DNA of 64,000 nt from Perkinsela sp. CCAP 1560/9 (lineage: Eukaryota; Protista; Euglenozoa: Kinetoplastea): assembly GCA_965644495.1 (NCBI GenBank), contig CBFFSA010000002.1, positions 496,001 to 560,000 of the forward strand. The letters run 5' to 3'. Position numbers and translations under genes: made by a program. Of this stretch, positions 10,267 through 21,330 are shown piece by piece (the stretch's first letter is position 1; every line of letters starts with the position of its first letter). The notes below the pieces were generated by a model. That model was not told where the DNA came from. It searched no databases and saw only the letters and a program-made list of their open reading frames with translations.

Positions 10267-12282
10267 CTACGGGCGAAACAGAGGACCACGGTCCTCCAAA
10301 TAGTCGATAAAGCATTTACGAAAGTCATCCTGCGTTTTCCACACCAACTCGACAGATGGATTCGTCGCGGCATTAAAAAACGATAAATTGATTTCTTGCC
10401 CAGAAACGAGATACTGACTAGTCGCCAGTGTGTACATCTTATTCTTGCGAATGGGAGACCCGTTCAGGGTGCATTCCTGTCTCTTATCCCACTTTCGATC
10501 CTCAGAGAGCACTTCCATACATCCTGCGCTAAAGTGATGTGACAACTGAATAAAACCACCCAACCATACATTGTACGTACGTGATTTGTCAAACACTTTA
10601 AGTAAAATATCCCCGCGGACACGTACAACACACAGCATATCCAGAAAAGGCAACACACGTAGCACATCGTAGGTTGAGATCTCCCCCGAGTCCATAATGT
10701 CATCCACACGAAGCATGCCCACATTGTAGATGGCACCATCCAGCGCGTATTGATACTTCTTGGCTGCACAGTATTGCATACTTTCCCCCACAACGAAGGT
10801 GAGGTCATTGGTTCCTTGACGAATCACATGGTTACGTGCATCCCAGGTAATGCCCTCCGGCAGCGTAGTGACGATGGAGTCCAAATCAAACCCTTGTCGC
10901 AGGAAGGAGGTGTGGGCCTGGGACCACCAATACTGGATCAGTCGGTCTGCCTCCGCGTTCGTTGGCAAATCCTTTGTGACGGGTTTGAGCTCACTGCGAA
11001 TCACAAACGGGGGTTCGGTCGAGGATGAACCCCGTTTGGAGTATTTCGGATTCGAGTAAATTTCATGGACATAGAAACTGCGAGTGTTGGAGTCCGCCTT
11101 GGCTAAAGGTACCAAGTCATTGGACACGCGGTAAAGCATGTTCTCATGATCGTGACCGCCAAGCACGAGATCGATGCCGATCTCTTCCTGAATGAGACGA
11201 ATGTCATCCACCCACGCTAGATGTGTTAAAGCAACGACGAACTCTACCCCGAGCTGCTCACGAAGATGAGGAATTAACTCTTTTTTGAGTCGATCCACAG
11301 TTTCGCGAATGCCCAGAATTTGAACGTACGGGGGAGTAATGGTGTCAATCACTGCGCTGATGAACCCTATCTTAATTCCTCCTAGCATTTTCACCACGAA
11401 AGGGGGAGTTTTCGAGGGAGGAAAGAAATCTGACATCACGTTAGATGCAATCCAAGGGTAGTTGGATTCCTGAAGCCGTTGCCGTAACACGAGCGGTTTC
11501 AGATCAAACTCATGGTTGCCGAATGTTGCAATGTCGAACAAGAGATTCGTAACATTTACCATTTGAATTCCGTTAAGGCTGCTCCCTTTTTCGTCAAGCA
11601 GTGCAGTGGACATTGCAGAAGGACTTAATAGGTCACCAGAAAAAACAGCAATCGTGTTTCCCGGGTTGGCGTTTTCGTACAATTCCTTTTGATAGATCGC
11701 ACGAGAGAGCCCCCCACGGTCTCCGAGCTGCCCTAGCTCATAGATATCATTAAAATGCAGTATCGTTACCCGTTTCTTTACCAACGGAAGCGCGCTCAGA
11801 TCCCGCACCCCATCCTGGTTGACCCGTCCCGCAAACACGTCCATGCGGAGCGTTTTGTGATACAGCGCATAGCCCAGAAACCCGCTGCTCACGGCGGCCC
11901 ACACGAACAGCAAAACAAACAGAATCCCACCATAGCGACCTTGCATCCAGGCAGGGCTGCTGAGACCAAAGAAGCTATACGAGGCCTTCGAGGGGGGTTG
12001 AGGGCTTGTGTAGGAACGTGAGCGCTCCTCTGGACTCCATGCCGAGTCAGGGAGCTGCCAGGAGTTACTCTGCCCACTCCGGTAGTCCGCTGAGCCCTGA
12101 CGATGCGAACCGTTCCCCGGTGAGGGACTTCCATCCTCAGAGGTCGTCGTATGAGCGTTGGCCGATTGTGAACCATAGTGGGAAGAACGGAGGGGACCGA
12201 GTAACGGGGCGGTGGTGGTGCTTTTGGGCACCTTACTGGTCCACTTCCCGGAATGGGTGCTCGGACGCTGATCGCTCGGCAT
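10267..12282 (-). CDS. Membrane-anchored (type II) 5'-nucleotidase
   Basis: N-terminal TM helix; metallophosphoesterase motifs HFNDIY, SGD, GNHEFD, ALTH, GGHDH; C-terminal 5'-nucleotidase domain (N.GMLR...DVLRVLPF). Confidence 0.85.
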   Translation of the reverse strand: MPSDQRPSTHSGKWTSKVPKSTTTAPLLGPLRSSHYGSQSANAHTTTSEDGSPSPGNGSHRQGSADYRSGQSNSWQLPDSAWSPEERSRSYTSPQPPSKASYSFFGLSSPAWMQGRYGGILFVLLFVWAAVSSGFLGYALYHKTLRMDVFAGRVNQDGVRDLSALPLVKKRVTILHFNDIYELGQLGDRGGLSRAIYQKELYENANPGNTIAVFSGDLLSPSAMSTALLDEKGSSLNGIQMVNVTNLLFDIATFGNHEFDLKPLVLRQRLQESNYPWIASNVMSDFFPPSKTPPFVVKMLGGIKIGFISAVIDTITPPYVQILGIRETVDRLKKELIPHLREQLGVEFVVALTHLAWVDDIRLIQEEIGIDLVLGGHDHENMLYRVSNDLVPLAKADSNTRSFYVHEIYSNPKYSKRGSSSTEPPFVIRSELKPVTKDLPTNAEADRLIQYWWSQAHTSFLRQGFDLDSIVTTLPEGITWDARNHVIRQGTNDLTFVVGESMQYCAAKKYQYALDGAIYNVGMLRVDDIMDSGEISTYDVLRVLPFLDMLCVVRVRGDILLKVFDKSRTYNVWLGGFIQLSHHFSAGCMEVLSEDRKWDKRQECTLNGSPIRKNKMYTLATSQYLVSGQEINLSFFNAATNPSVELVWKTQDDFRKCFIDYLEDRGPLFRP

Positions 12283-12492
12283 GTGAAATTTAGTTTAGCA
12301 TGGAATAGGGTGGAGTTTTCAAGAAATATGAAAGATCCTAGAGAAGATATTCACATTGCACGCGTACATCTATTTTTCTCGCTATCAAAAAACGTCTAAA
12401 CAAGATTCTGAAAAAGTCCAAAAGCGTGTGATACCTCGAAATAACGTACTCTTTCTACATCACTAAAACAATACATCTAACCCCTCTACTCT

Positions 12493-15400
12493 TTAAATAT
12501 CAAGTAAAAATCTGTGCCGAAGAAGAACTTTTGCGTCGCATACCCTCTCCTGTCCAAAAAATATTTTTTTCAGGAAGGATCCGGCACTTGCCGTCAGCCC
12601 GGTTGCGAGTGTAGGACACATCTGCCCACTCCCAAGAGCATGAATAAAGACTTCCGGAGTACTGCGTAGATCCTCGTCTAACGCATACGGCAGGGATCCT
12701 GTAAGCACCTCATGCGTGAGTACCCCCAGGGACCATAGATCGCTGTGTTCGGAGCACACTCCCCGGCATTGCTCCGGGGACATGTACCATGGAGTTCCTA
12801 TCGGGACTGCAGACTTTGGCTCGATGCTTTCTCGCGCACGAACGGATGCGATCGCCGTGCCAAAGTCCCCAATTTTACATCTCCCTCCATAGGAGGAAAT
12901 TAAAATATTGCCGGGTTTAATATCCCGATGGAGAATCCCACGGTTATGGAGGTAGTGAATCCCGTGTAGGATATCCCGGAGATAGCGAATCGCGATTTGT
13001 GGGCGTAGAGGTCCGAAGCGAGTGAGGAGCGCAGCTAGGGAGCCTCCGCCCATGTACTCCAGCACAAGGATGAGGTTCTCGCTGGAGAGTAGACTGCACT
13101 CGTAGCGCAGGACATTGCGGTGGTTTAGGCGACACAGAAAGGAGATTTCCCGCGTGAGGTGTCGCAAAGGGAGGGGATGGGTTGTGGGGGTGTTGATGGA
13201 AGCAAGGGGGATCTTTTTCATTGCGACTTGTTTTCCATGGGTATCAATCCCAAGGTAAACTTTACTAAAACCTCCCTCCCCGAGGAGTTTCCGCGAAAGG
13301 TACCACACTCTGCCAGAGGCTTCGCGTAGGATATCGTAGTTGAGTAGTGACTCGATTTCACAGGATCGTACTGTGCCATACGGGTAGTTTTCGCTAAGAG
13401 CTTCGGCTGAAGAAGACATCTCCCGGGAGACGCTACTGCAGGAATTTGATTCTGTGATTTTTCGGCGGTTAAAGAGAAATTCAGCAGATTGAATTTTGTA
13501 TACGAGTTTGTCCCCATCACTCAATGTTCCTAGTGAGTCATATGTAGAGTACAACATACGCTTAGGCGTATTCCGGCGTGTTGACGAAATGGTTGAATTT
13601 ATAACTTGTGAACCGGGCGCCCTATTCTCCAGAGTAGCGTACCAATAAACTGGTAGCCGAGATGAGCCATCTAACTTTCTTTTTAGTAAACTTACTGAAG
13701 AGAGAACATTCTGCCTTTTTTTGTCTCCTTCCCATCGAACGGTAAGGAAATCAGCGCTGTACGAGTATACAGTGCCACTATACATGCTAGATATTTTCTC
13801 AATGACAGAACACAACGTTTTCAACCACAATCGAATGTCGCATTCGTCTGGAGAAGATTTTATGAATTTCCAAAATATCTGCAAGAAAATGCAAGTCTTC
13901 GTGCTTTCGGAGTTGAATGTAAGTCCAGCAGGACTCACTTGAGACTGTGGGCTAGTCTCATAAGCACGGAATGTACGTAAGATAGCAATGAATGCGCTTT
14001 GTATTCGAGTAGGGTGCGCTATACGCTCCAAGTAGGACACTCGTTCAAAGTTTCTTGAGGCAATGCCATCCGCAAGCTCACCAGCAATCCGTTCATTGTC
14101 CTTGAGGTCGTGCGTAAGTTGAGAGCTTTTTGCCCATTGCCATAAAAGAGGAAACGTTAAGGCTAAAATAATACAAGCAATGGCGCTGAGAACCCCCGCT
14201 GCCAGAGCTTCTCTCGAGACCGCTGGATCAAGTAGAAGCGGTAGACAGTGATCTTGTGCGCTGTAGGGCTGGTAATACCCTATGGGACACGACACACAGT
14301 CATGTGCTTCGGAGACCCAAAAAGTACCAGGATGACAGTCCAGTTGGCACTTTGGGGGCAGCATAAAAGTGCCCAGGTCCGTTCTGTTTCCTCCTGTGTG
14401 ACGCACAATGCGTTTGTCTAAGACCGGATTCACGCATCCTGTAGTCCGAATGAAGACTTCGCCTGCATGTTGAATGGTGCCATTTAAAATATCGTAGGAT
14501 ACGGGTCGAAAGACCGACTTGTCGTACCCCATTCGACCGGAACATAAGTCTTCTGTGGTGACGAAAGTGTACTGACGCCCTCTTACGAGTTCTTTCCAGC
14601 CCCCCGTGCGTGCATCATAAACTTCGACAAGAACCAACCTCGAGGATTCCTCTGAAACCGTACGACTGGAGACGTACTCATAGCGCAAGTGACTGACCTG
14701 GAGAAACCGCTCTGTGCCTTTATACCCCGTACTATCCAATGTAGTCTCCATCGCCGCAGAAACACTAAAATTAAGCATTCGCCACACATCCGCACCCCAC
14801 ATGTGCACCGCACAAAGCCGAGCGGTCTGCGGAAAACTACTGTAGAGCTGACTTGCACGAAACGGACCCGGACTCCATCCCTTTCGCAGTGCCCCTCCTT
14901 CCACTACCGCAAAATCGACGCCGTTGTGGTCATAAACCGCTTCATACGCCGCGTCCGCAAACAAACGCCCCAGCGCACACTCTCCCACGCGACAGTAACT
15001 TGTGTGAATTCGAGTACTCCTCACCTCCGACAGCGCTGTCCCTATCCTCTCGCTCCCTTTCAATGCCGCAAGATCAATCTGTTGTTGCAGGAACGCACAG
15101 TCCTGTTGATACCGCTCCCCGCTCAGGTCTCCCGGGAGCGGCACCAACACACTCTCTGCGGTGTGGCTCAGTACTGTCCGATGAGTCGGGTCCCAATCCA
15201 ACGCAAACACGTGGGAGCGTTTACTGTGGAGATCCACGACGGTGGTGTAGCGGTGGGCCGTGATGGCACTGCGACGCGTGTGGAACCGTTTACGAATGAA
15301 GAGATCCACCAGGGGGGAGTCTAAAATAAGGTCGTTGGAGTCCCGTTGGAGGCGTGTCATGAGGAGTACCACCACATCGGGGTTGAGGCACTTTTTAAGC

Positions 15401-16053
15401 GGTTTGATAAGGTTGAGTAGGGTGGTGTTGAGGGAGAGCAGGGGGTGGGCGTCGTGGGAGGGGTCGACGACGGAGAAGAGAAGGACGGTGTAGCGCCCGA
15501 CCCGTTTGAAGGTGTAGCGCTGGTGGACGAGATGGAAGGCGGGGGGAGTGAGGCGGAGGTTGCTGAGCGTGATGAGGGGGGTTTGGAGGACACGGCTTTG
15601 TTTGGCAAAATCCCACACACGAGGTTCGTACGGGCGGAGCATTGTCCAGTGCTCCAGGACGAATGCATCTCCGCGACTGCGGTGCATCACTTCGTGGTTG
15701 AGTCCAAAGGTGAGGGGGTGTTCGCTGACAAGCGAGGAGGCGTCGTCCACAAAGAATATGGAAAACACACTTTCTGGGTCCGTCGCGGTTTGACGCGCGT
15801 GACGAACTCGCGCGTTTAGTCGGGCCCATCCTCCCATGCAAGGTTCCGATTCCGTAGCATTACAGGGCTCATGGGTCAGCTCGTTATGTGGCTGTATGGA
15901 GTAGAATGGGGTGAGAATGAGACGGAGAGGTGTGGGACGACCCCATGAGCGGTAGACAAAGGTGTTTTCACCGGATACCAGACCGATTTGTGATACGACA
16001 AGGTGAAGGAGAATTCGACACAGCGAAAGAGGAAGAACGTATGGGGTCATCAC
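12493..16053 (-). CDS. Transmembrane STE11/MAP3K-like kinase with a degenerate 5'-nucleotidase ectodomain
   Basis: Signal peptide; GGWARL, CRVGECALGRLFADA, GGALR, FLQVS (5'-NT fold); Cys-rich CP.GYYQ module; TM helix; kinase LGEGGF, VAMK, HRDIKPGN, DFG, GTPWYMSPE. Confidence 0.8.
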   Translation of the reverse strand: MMTPYVLPLSLCRILLHLVVSQIGLVSGENTFVYRSWGRPTPLRLILTPFYSIQPHNELTHEPCNATESEPCMGGWARLNARVRHARQTATDPESVFSIFFVDDASSLVSEHPLTFGLNHEVMHRSRGDAFVLEHWTMLRPYEPRVWDFAKQSRVLQTPLITLSNLRLTPPAFHLVHQRYTFKRVGRYTVLLFSVVDPSHDAHPLLSLNTTLLNLIKPLKKCLNPDVVVLLMTRLQRDSNDLILDSPLVDLFIRKRFHTRRSAITAHRYTTVVDLHSKRSHVFALDWDPTHRTVLSHTAESVLVPLPGDLSGERYQQDCAFLQQQIDLAALKGSERIGTALSEVRSTRIHTSYCRVGECALGRLFADAAYEAVYDHNGVDFAVVEGGALRKGWSPGPFRASQLYSSFPQTARLCAVHMWGADVWRMLNFSVSAAMETTLDSTGYKGTERFLQVSHLRYEYVSSRTVSEESSRLVLVEVYDARTGGWKELVRGRQYTFVTTEDLCSGRMGYDKSVFRPVSYDILNGTIQHAGEVFIRTTGCVNPVLDKRIVRHTGGNRTDLGTFMLPPKCQLDCHPGTFWVSEAHDCVSCPIGYYQPYSAQDHCLPLLLDPAVSREALAAGVLSAIACIILALTFPLLWQWAKSSQLTHDLKDNERIAGELADGIASRNFERVSYLERIAHPTRIQSAFIAILRTFRAYETSPQSQVSPAGLTFNSESTKTCIFLQIFWKFIKSSPDECDIRLWLKTLCSVIEKISSMYSGTVYSYSADFLTVRWEGDKKRQNVLSSVSLLKRKLDGSSRLPVYWYATLENRAPGSQVINSTISSTRRNTPKRMLYSTYDSLGTLSDGDKLVYKIQSAEFLFNRRKITESNSCSSVSREMSSSAEALSENYPYGTVRSCEIESLLNYDILREASGRVWYLSRKLLGEGGFSKVYLGIDTHGKQVAMKKIPLASINTPTTHPLPLRHLTREISFLCRLNHRNVLRYECSLLSSENLILVLEYMGGGSLAALLTRFGPLRPQIAIRYLRDILHGIHYLHNRGILHRDIKPGNILISSYGGRCKIGDFGTAIASVRARESIEPKSAVPIGTPWYMSPEQCRGVCSEHSDLWSLGVLTHEVLTGSLPYALDEDLRSTPEVFIHALGSGQMCPTLATGLTASAGSFLKKIFFGQERVCDAKVLLRHRFLLDI

Positions 16054-16355
16054 AGCGATGACTCATTCCTTATCGTGCCTTTCTTATCACTTCAATGACG
16101 CAGTTTTCCGGTGGACTGAAAGCTGCCGAAGGCTGCATGGCAAAACGACACGCAAACATGCGTATTCCAACGCTAAAGGGTGAGCCGTGCATGCGGACAC
16201 CAGTTTCATTCATGAATAATAGCAAAATAGCAACATGAAACGACGGCTTCTAAAACAGACACATGGAAGAACACAAGGAAGAAATATGAGAATGTAAACC
16301 CTGGGCAAAGCATTACTAATGACCGCCTGACAATACACTAGGTACGAATCCCTGT

Positions 16356-16985
16356 CTATGATAAAATTCTATTCAAACATTGAATAACAGAAGCTTCATT
16401 GAGCGAAGATCCTCCCCACGGAGATAGACCACACAGCTGAGTCACGATTTCACCTCTACGATAGAGAAGAGTTAGAGGAAGCCCCGATAGAGGAAACTTT
16501 GCACACACCTTCGATGCTACGGCTTCTACGAATTTTACACGCGAGTACCGTCCACAAACTTCCTGCATAGTGGTGCGAAGAGTCTTGCATCCCTGGTGCT
16601 CGGGGTCCATCAATATAACAAACACGTCTGCATTATGGCTTGTCACGGTTACCTCATCGATGTATGCACTTTCTGCAATGTGCCGAATATGACCATATCC
16701 CTCATGCTCCCTCTGCATCTGTGCTAGTCTTTTTTGTCGCAGCATATCTAGTTCACTATCGGGGCAATCTTTGCAATCATCATCGTCGTCGGAAAAACGG
16801 GTTCTTTCCTTCTCCTCGGATGGGTTGTAAATTGCAAAATCACTTCCTTCTTGGAGATCACGACGTTGTTGGTCAATAATTGCTGTTTCATGATGTCGAT
16901 ACTTCCCTACGAGGTTACCATAGCGATATTGAATATCTTCCCAGTCTGTGGTACGAATACGATTTTCAGCTGTGCGCTCCGCCAT
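16356..16985 (-). CDS. Phosducin-like protein (PhLP2/PDCL3 type)
   Basis: TTDWEDIQYRYGN, LRQKRLAQM, YG.IRHI....YIDEVT, thioredoxin-like C-terminus LPLTLLYRRG. Confidence 0.85.
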   Translation of the reverse strand: MAERTAENRIRTTDWEDIQYRYGNLVGKYRHHETAIIDQQRRDLQEGSDFAIYNPSEEKERTRFSDDDDDCKDCPDSELDMLRQKRLAQMQREHEGYGHIRHIAESAYIDEVTVTSHNADVFVILMDPEHQGCKTLRTTMQEVCGRYSRVKFVEAVASKVCAKFPLSGLPLTLLYRRGEIVTQLCGLSPWGGSSLNEASVIQCLNRILS

Positions 16986-17338
16986 TGTACTTATCGAATC
17001 AATTGGACAACGTCATGGCATACCCGTACATACAACGCAAGTGAAATATATTGTGAAATATGGCAAGAACAGAAAGATTAATCAAACAAGCCGACAAGTC
17101 TCTCTCTACGTATCGCATAACCGAGGCTATCATACAAGAAAAGGGCAAACTATCTATTTTTCCTGACCAAAATGCATGAAAACACTGATAACTAGCAAAA
17201 ACAATTTAACGCACTTTTCTTTGCCTAACCAAAGTGAACCCGGCAAGCCGCAACCTTATGTGACATACAAATGATATACCCACTCCCCTTTTTATACCCC
17301 ATCCCATCTATACACATTCTACCCCACCCCTCTCTTCC

Positions 17339-18052
17339 CTACCCCAACCCATTCGGTACCACCCCATGACCCATCCCCCCTACCCCTACCCCACCCGATC
17401 CATACATCACCCCCGTTGGGACGTCATGACCATACCCCACACCTCTTGATACCTGCGGTACCATTCCCCCTATCCCCATCCCTCCTCCCCCTACCTCTCC
17501 TCCCCCTCCGACCTCCATCCCTCCTGTCCCCACTCCCATTCCCCCTGTCCCTACTCCCATCCCCCCTGTCCCTATCCCCATCCCCCCTGTCCCTACCCCC
17601 ATCCCCCCTGTCCCTCCCCCTCCCCCCCAGGCCCCCCCGACGGGTAGGGTCAGCGGGACCTCCACCCGCACCCCCGGCACCGCCACCGGCACCGGGTTGT
17701 GCCCGTCCCGCTGCGTGAGCCCCACCGCGTGGGCCCGGCCCCAGGCGGAGATGTTCGGGGAGCTGCGCGCGTAGGAGACCTGCAGCGGCTTGTCCGGCAG
17801 CATGTGGTACCGGTCGTGGAGGGCCGCGATGGCACAGTCCGCGTCGTGGGTGGCGTCGTAGGAGACGAACGCCGCCCCCTTGCTCAGGCCCTCCGGGGTG
17901 CGCAGCACGAACACCTTGGTGAGGCGTCCGTAGGCGGAGAAGAGGGAGGAGAGGTGGTGCTCGGTGGCGCTGTAGGCGATTTGGCCGACAAAGAGACGGG
18001 CTTCGGCGGCGGGGGTGGGGGGGAGGGTGTCGGCGACGGGGATGTTGAACAT
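17339..18052 (-). CDS. RRM RNA-binding protein (CELF/Bruno-like RRM) with Gly-Met-rich tail
   Basis: RNP2 LFVGQI, RNP1 KGAAFVSY, AIAALH, PLQVSYA; tail of GTGGMG repeats. Confidence 0.8.
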   Translation of the reverse strand: MFNIPVADTLPPTPAAEARLFVGQIAYSATEHHLSSLFSAYGRLTKVFVLRTPEGLSKGAAFVSYDATHDADCAIAALHDRYHMLPDKPLQVSYARSSPNISAWGRAHAVGLTQRDGHNPVPVAVPGVRVEVPLTLPVGGAWGGGGGTGGMGVGTGGMGIGTGGMGVGTGGMGVGTGGMEVGGGGEVGGGGMGIGGMVPQVSRGVGYGHDVPTGVMYGSGGVGVGGMGHGVVPNGLG

Positions 18053-19043
18053 GGGGGGAGGGTGTGTGTGGAAGGGGGTTAAAAAGGAAATTGGGGTGCT
18101 GAAGAGAGAGGAAGGGTTGACATGAGTAAGAGAGTTAAAAGATCATTTTCCTCTAACTTATTTTATGAGAAACGAATAGGAAATTTTTCTTTTCCTCTCG
18201 CATAGCATCTCTCATAGCACGGATCATCGGAACGCATTAGACAGCCCTTTAATGGGAGATTTGTATCAAACAAGAACTGAGAGGCTGTGGGTATGATCTC
18301 GCGTGATCTCACGTGAACTCGTTTTGAGATCGCCCAACTACCCTCCCGAGCTGAATCCGCTCCCGAGCGATCTCGCGTGATCTCACGTGATTTCGTTTTG
18401 GGCCTCACCCGCAGCCCCTCAACTGTTATCCTTTCTAATAGTTGTTCTACATTCATTATACTTCAAGGGAAGCATCCTTGCAGCAACTTGTATATCGCAG
18501 CCGATCACCCATGGAGATCATGACAAGTGATCAGTACAACTTCTAATGCTCTTCTTAAGAAGAGTGTAACCTGCCAATGCAAACACGGAAAAATAAGCGT
18601 TATTCTATCCGCACTATTTCGTTGGCGCGTTGAAACAAAACCTTGGGATGTTGAGGTATGAACGTCTCATTCATAGCACCCCTACGATGAGTAAAAGGTA
18701 CAAATTTCCATTTCTGTTTGATGTTCATGCGCTCGTTGGCGCAGAGATACAGCCCTTGATGCGACAGCCGATATCATTGGCACAATCCGTAATGACGGAT
18801 GTCGCACCAAGAGGATTAGCACGGACTCTGTCGGTAGACGGGGTCCAGGCAACTCACCCTCTCTTTATTACTGCAGCCGGAGGGGCGTACTGCAACCGAC
18901 TCGGTCCCAGTCGGTAGGGACGTGAGTCGGTAGGGACGAGTATCAGCAGGGGGCTCTTGCAGGAATAAATGTCACCCTCAAAACACCACCGCATTCACTA
19001 CCTCAGAGGCTGCACTCCCCACAGCGGCGCCTTCCCCGCTCTC

Positions 19044-20055
19044 TTACAAAAAATACGCCGGACGTTCGGCGACTGCCTCCTCATGAAATTGTGGCCTCAC
19101 CTCCTTAATCGTGCGAAACGTACGACGGAGATTCCCATCCAAACAAAGCACACTAGCGAGATTCCCACAACGGTAGCAATAATTCGGCGCACTCCACACC
19201 GTCACCACCTCCTCTCCCTCAAAATGGTACTGATACTAAAAAAAACTGATACCCATCCGCCACCAACTGATGCGCACGACACAGCAACGACAACCCATTC
19301 ACCCGCATAAACGCCCTACCCGGTCGTTCCCCAACCAACCACCCCGCCCCTCTCGGACTCACCCCCCCACCTCCCCATCCGGATCCGACCCCACCACATC
19401 ACACAGCACCCCCTCACACGGCACCTCCTGCCGTCTCCCCACCGTCTGCACCTCCCCCAGCCCCCTCCACGGGGGGCTTATCCCCCCATGCACGCCCAGC
19501 ACCGTCTCCCCCACCACCGCGGCCACGGGGAGCCGATCAAACAGCTCCGTGCACCGCCGCCACCCCCCCCCCCGCCGTACGTACGCTGGCACTCGTCCCA
19601 GAGTCAACCCGTAGACGGCACTCACGGCGCGCGTCTCGTGGTTCCCCCGGAGTAGCGTGACACGGGCGGGGGCGCGGCGCTTCCGCACGGGCAGCAGGGA
19701 GAGGGTCTCCACGGCGTGGTACCCGCGGTCCACGAGGTCACCCAGGAAGGGGTAACGCTGCTGGGGGGCTCCCTCTTGTGCTGCTCCCTCCGTAAGCGAG
19801 AGGAGGTGGAGCAGGTCAAGGTTCCAAATCTGTCTGTGAAGGGTCTGGCTTGCCAGTGACCATCCGGAGCCATCCGGAATGATCCGGATAGGTCAAGGTA
19901 CTGACCGTGGAGGTTGCCGCAGATGGTGACGGGGGGGGGATGAGGTTGGGTTCCTCGATGAGGAGATCCATGGCGGCACGGAGGAGGGCGTGCATGGAGG
20001 GGGCGGGGAGGGGGGTGCCGGTGCGAAGGGTGTGTTCCCAGTGGTCGAGGTTCAT
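19044..20055 (-). pseudogene. PP4/PP6/PP2A-family Ser/Thr phosphatase catalytic subunit, disrupted
   Basis: EEPN, GNLHGQ, FLGDLVDRG, LLRGNHE, VHGGISP, SDP, SAPNYCYRCGN and terminal YFL* are spread over several frames, with a 67-bp insertion at 19823-19889. Confidence 0.8.
19823..19889. mobile_element. ~67-bp short insertion flanked by a 10-bp direct repeat (AGGTCAAGGT)
   Basis: Duplication at 19813-19822 and 19890-19899; removing it restores HGQYLDLLHL; an inverted homolog lies at ~20219-20278. Confidence 0.65.
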
Positions 20056-20442
20056 GGAGGGGGGGAGGGAGGGAGAAGGGAAGAGAGGGTGGAGATAGAC
20101 GTCAAAAGGGGATCAGGTTGGATATGGTAAGAGTCACGATTCTGAGAATGGTCCGTTGCACATTGGAAATTAAGAAAGCGATTCTTTGCTCGTTTTTTCA
20201 CTCAGAGGTGACCAAAAAAATCCGAATCATTCCGGATTACTCCGGATCTAGCAAGCCAGACCCTTCCAGATTGGGAAGTTCCGGGACCGACGTCCTTTAC
20301 CAGTTTTCGCTTGTCCAAGGCGGCACCAACGTGGTTGCGTTCTTGGCACTCCGCTCCCTCCACTCAGGAGTGACCTGTTGTACGTATCTGATCGTAGGGA
20401 TAAACAACTAAGCAAGAGTAGCAGACAGCGCAGCTCAACGGA

Positions 20443-21330
20443 TCATTTTTCTGATTCCGTGATTTCAGCCCAATTCGGACTCGGTCCGCTTCGGTGCCAC
20501 GAAAAATCCATCACTTTCCCATTGCTCAATGATTCATTGTGCGGCAAGCCCACAACAGTAGGGTCAAGGAGTTCTGAGACAGTTGCGTTACTCCCAGGTG
20601 GCAAAATTTGACTCTTTATCCAGTTGTCTGCGATTCTCTCAATTGGTTCGTAATTTACTTCCCAATCTCCGAGAGAAAGGGTATGGTCAGATTTTCCTTT
20701 TTTTGGACAGTAGGAACCAAAGAGCAGCAGAGTGCATCGTTCAATAACGGGGGAAGTAGCTGTGTTGGTGTGAAAAATACAGGAAGCACATGAGTGTATC
20801 CGAAGCTGGTGGGAGGAAAGGTAAAATACGCATTTCTTACAATTTCTAATCAATAAAGAACCTGCCACAGGAGCCAAATATACCCGACATTCTGTTAAAT
20901 TTTCGAGAAGCTGAGTAACTCTGTTAGGAGTTTGGATTTCAAATTTTTCTATTCTTTCACCTGTGCGGTCCCGTATACATTTTTCAGGCAGATCAGTTTC
21001 GTTTACATTTGTTTCTTTGGAACCATTCCTTGCTTCAAATGCAGTGTGGGAAACAACAACAGGAGTTCCGCTACCTGGGTTGTACGACACGGGTATGTCA
21101 GTACTTTTTGTTTCTGTCAACAAATTATCCCTTCTTTCCGTCTGCCACTTGAACTGAACTTTCTCCCAATCAATAGTGCAAACTTTTTGAGACCCTGAAT
21201 GACGCGAATTGCTCCCAGCCGCATTGTCTTCTGGTTCTTTGGCTTCTTTGTTTTCTTTTAAACGTGCTTCGCGTGCCTGAATACGCTGCAATAATTTTTT
21301 GGGTATTTGAAATTTAGTGGAATCCGACAT
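20443..21330 (-). CDS. TBCC: Tubulin-binding cofactor C domain protein
   Basis: GSLLIRNCKKC, SHQLRIHSC, SPVIERC, VMDFSW...PSPNW. Confidence 0.85.
   Translation of the reverse strand: MSDSTKFQIPKKLLQRIQAREARLKENKEAKEPEDNAAGSNSRHSGSQKVCTIDWEKVQFKWQTERRDNLLTETKSTDIPVSYNPGSGTPVVVSHTAFEARNGSKETNVNETDLPEKCIRDRTGERIEKFEIQTPNRVTQLLENLTECRVYLAPVAGSLLIRNCKKCVFYLSSHQLRIHSCASCIFHTNTATSPVIERCTLLLFGSYCPKKGKSDHTLSLGDWEVNYEPIERIADNWIKSQILPPGSNATVSELLDPTVVGLPHNESLSNGKVMDFSWHRSGPSPNWAEITESEK

Noticed and set aside
18163-18456. 97-aa ORF containing a repeated GATCTCGCGTGATCTCACGTGA
   Set aside because: No recognisable protein; more likely an intergenic short repeat.
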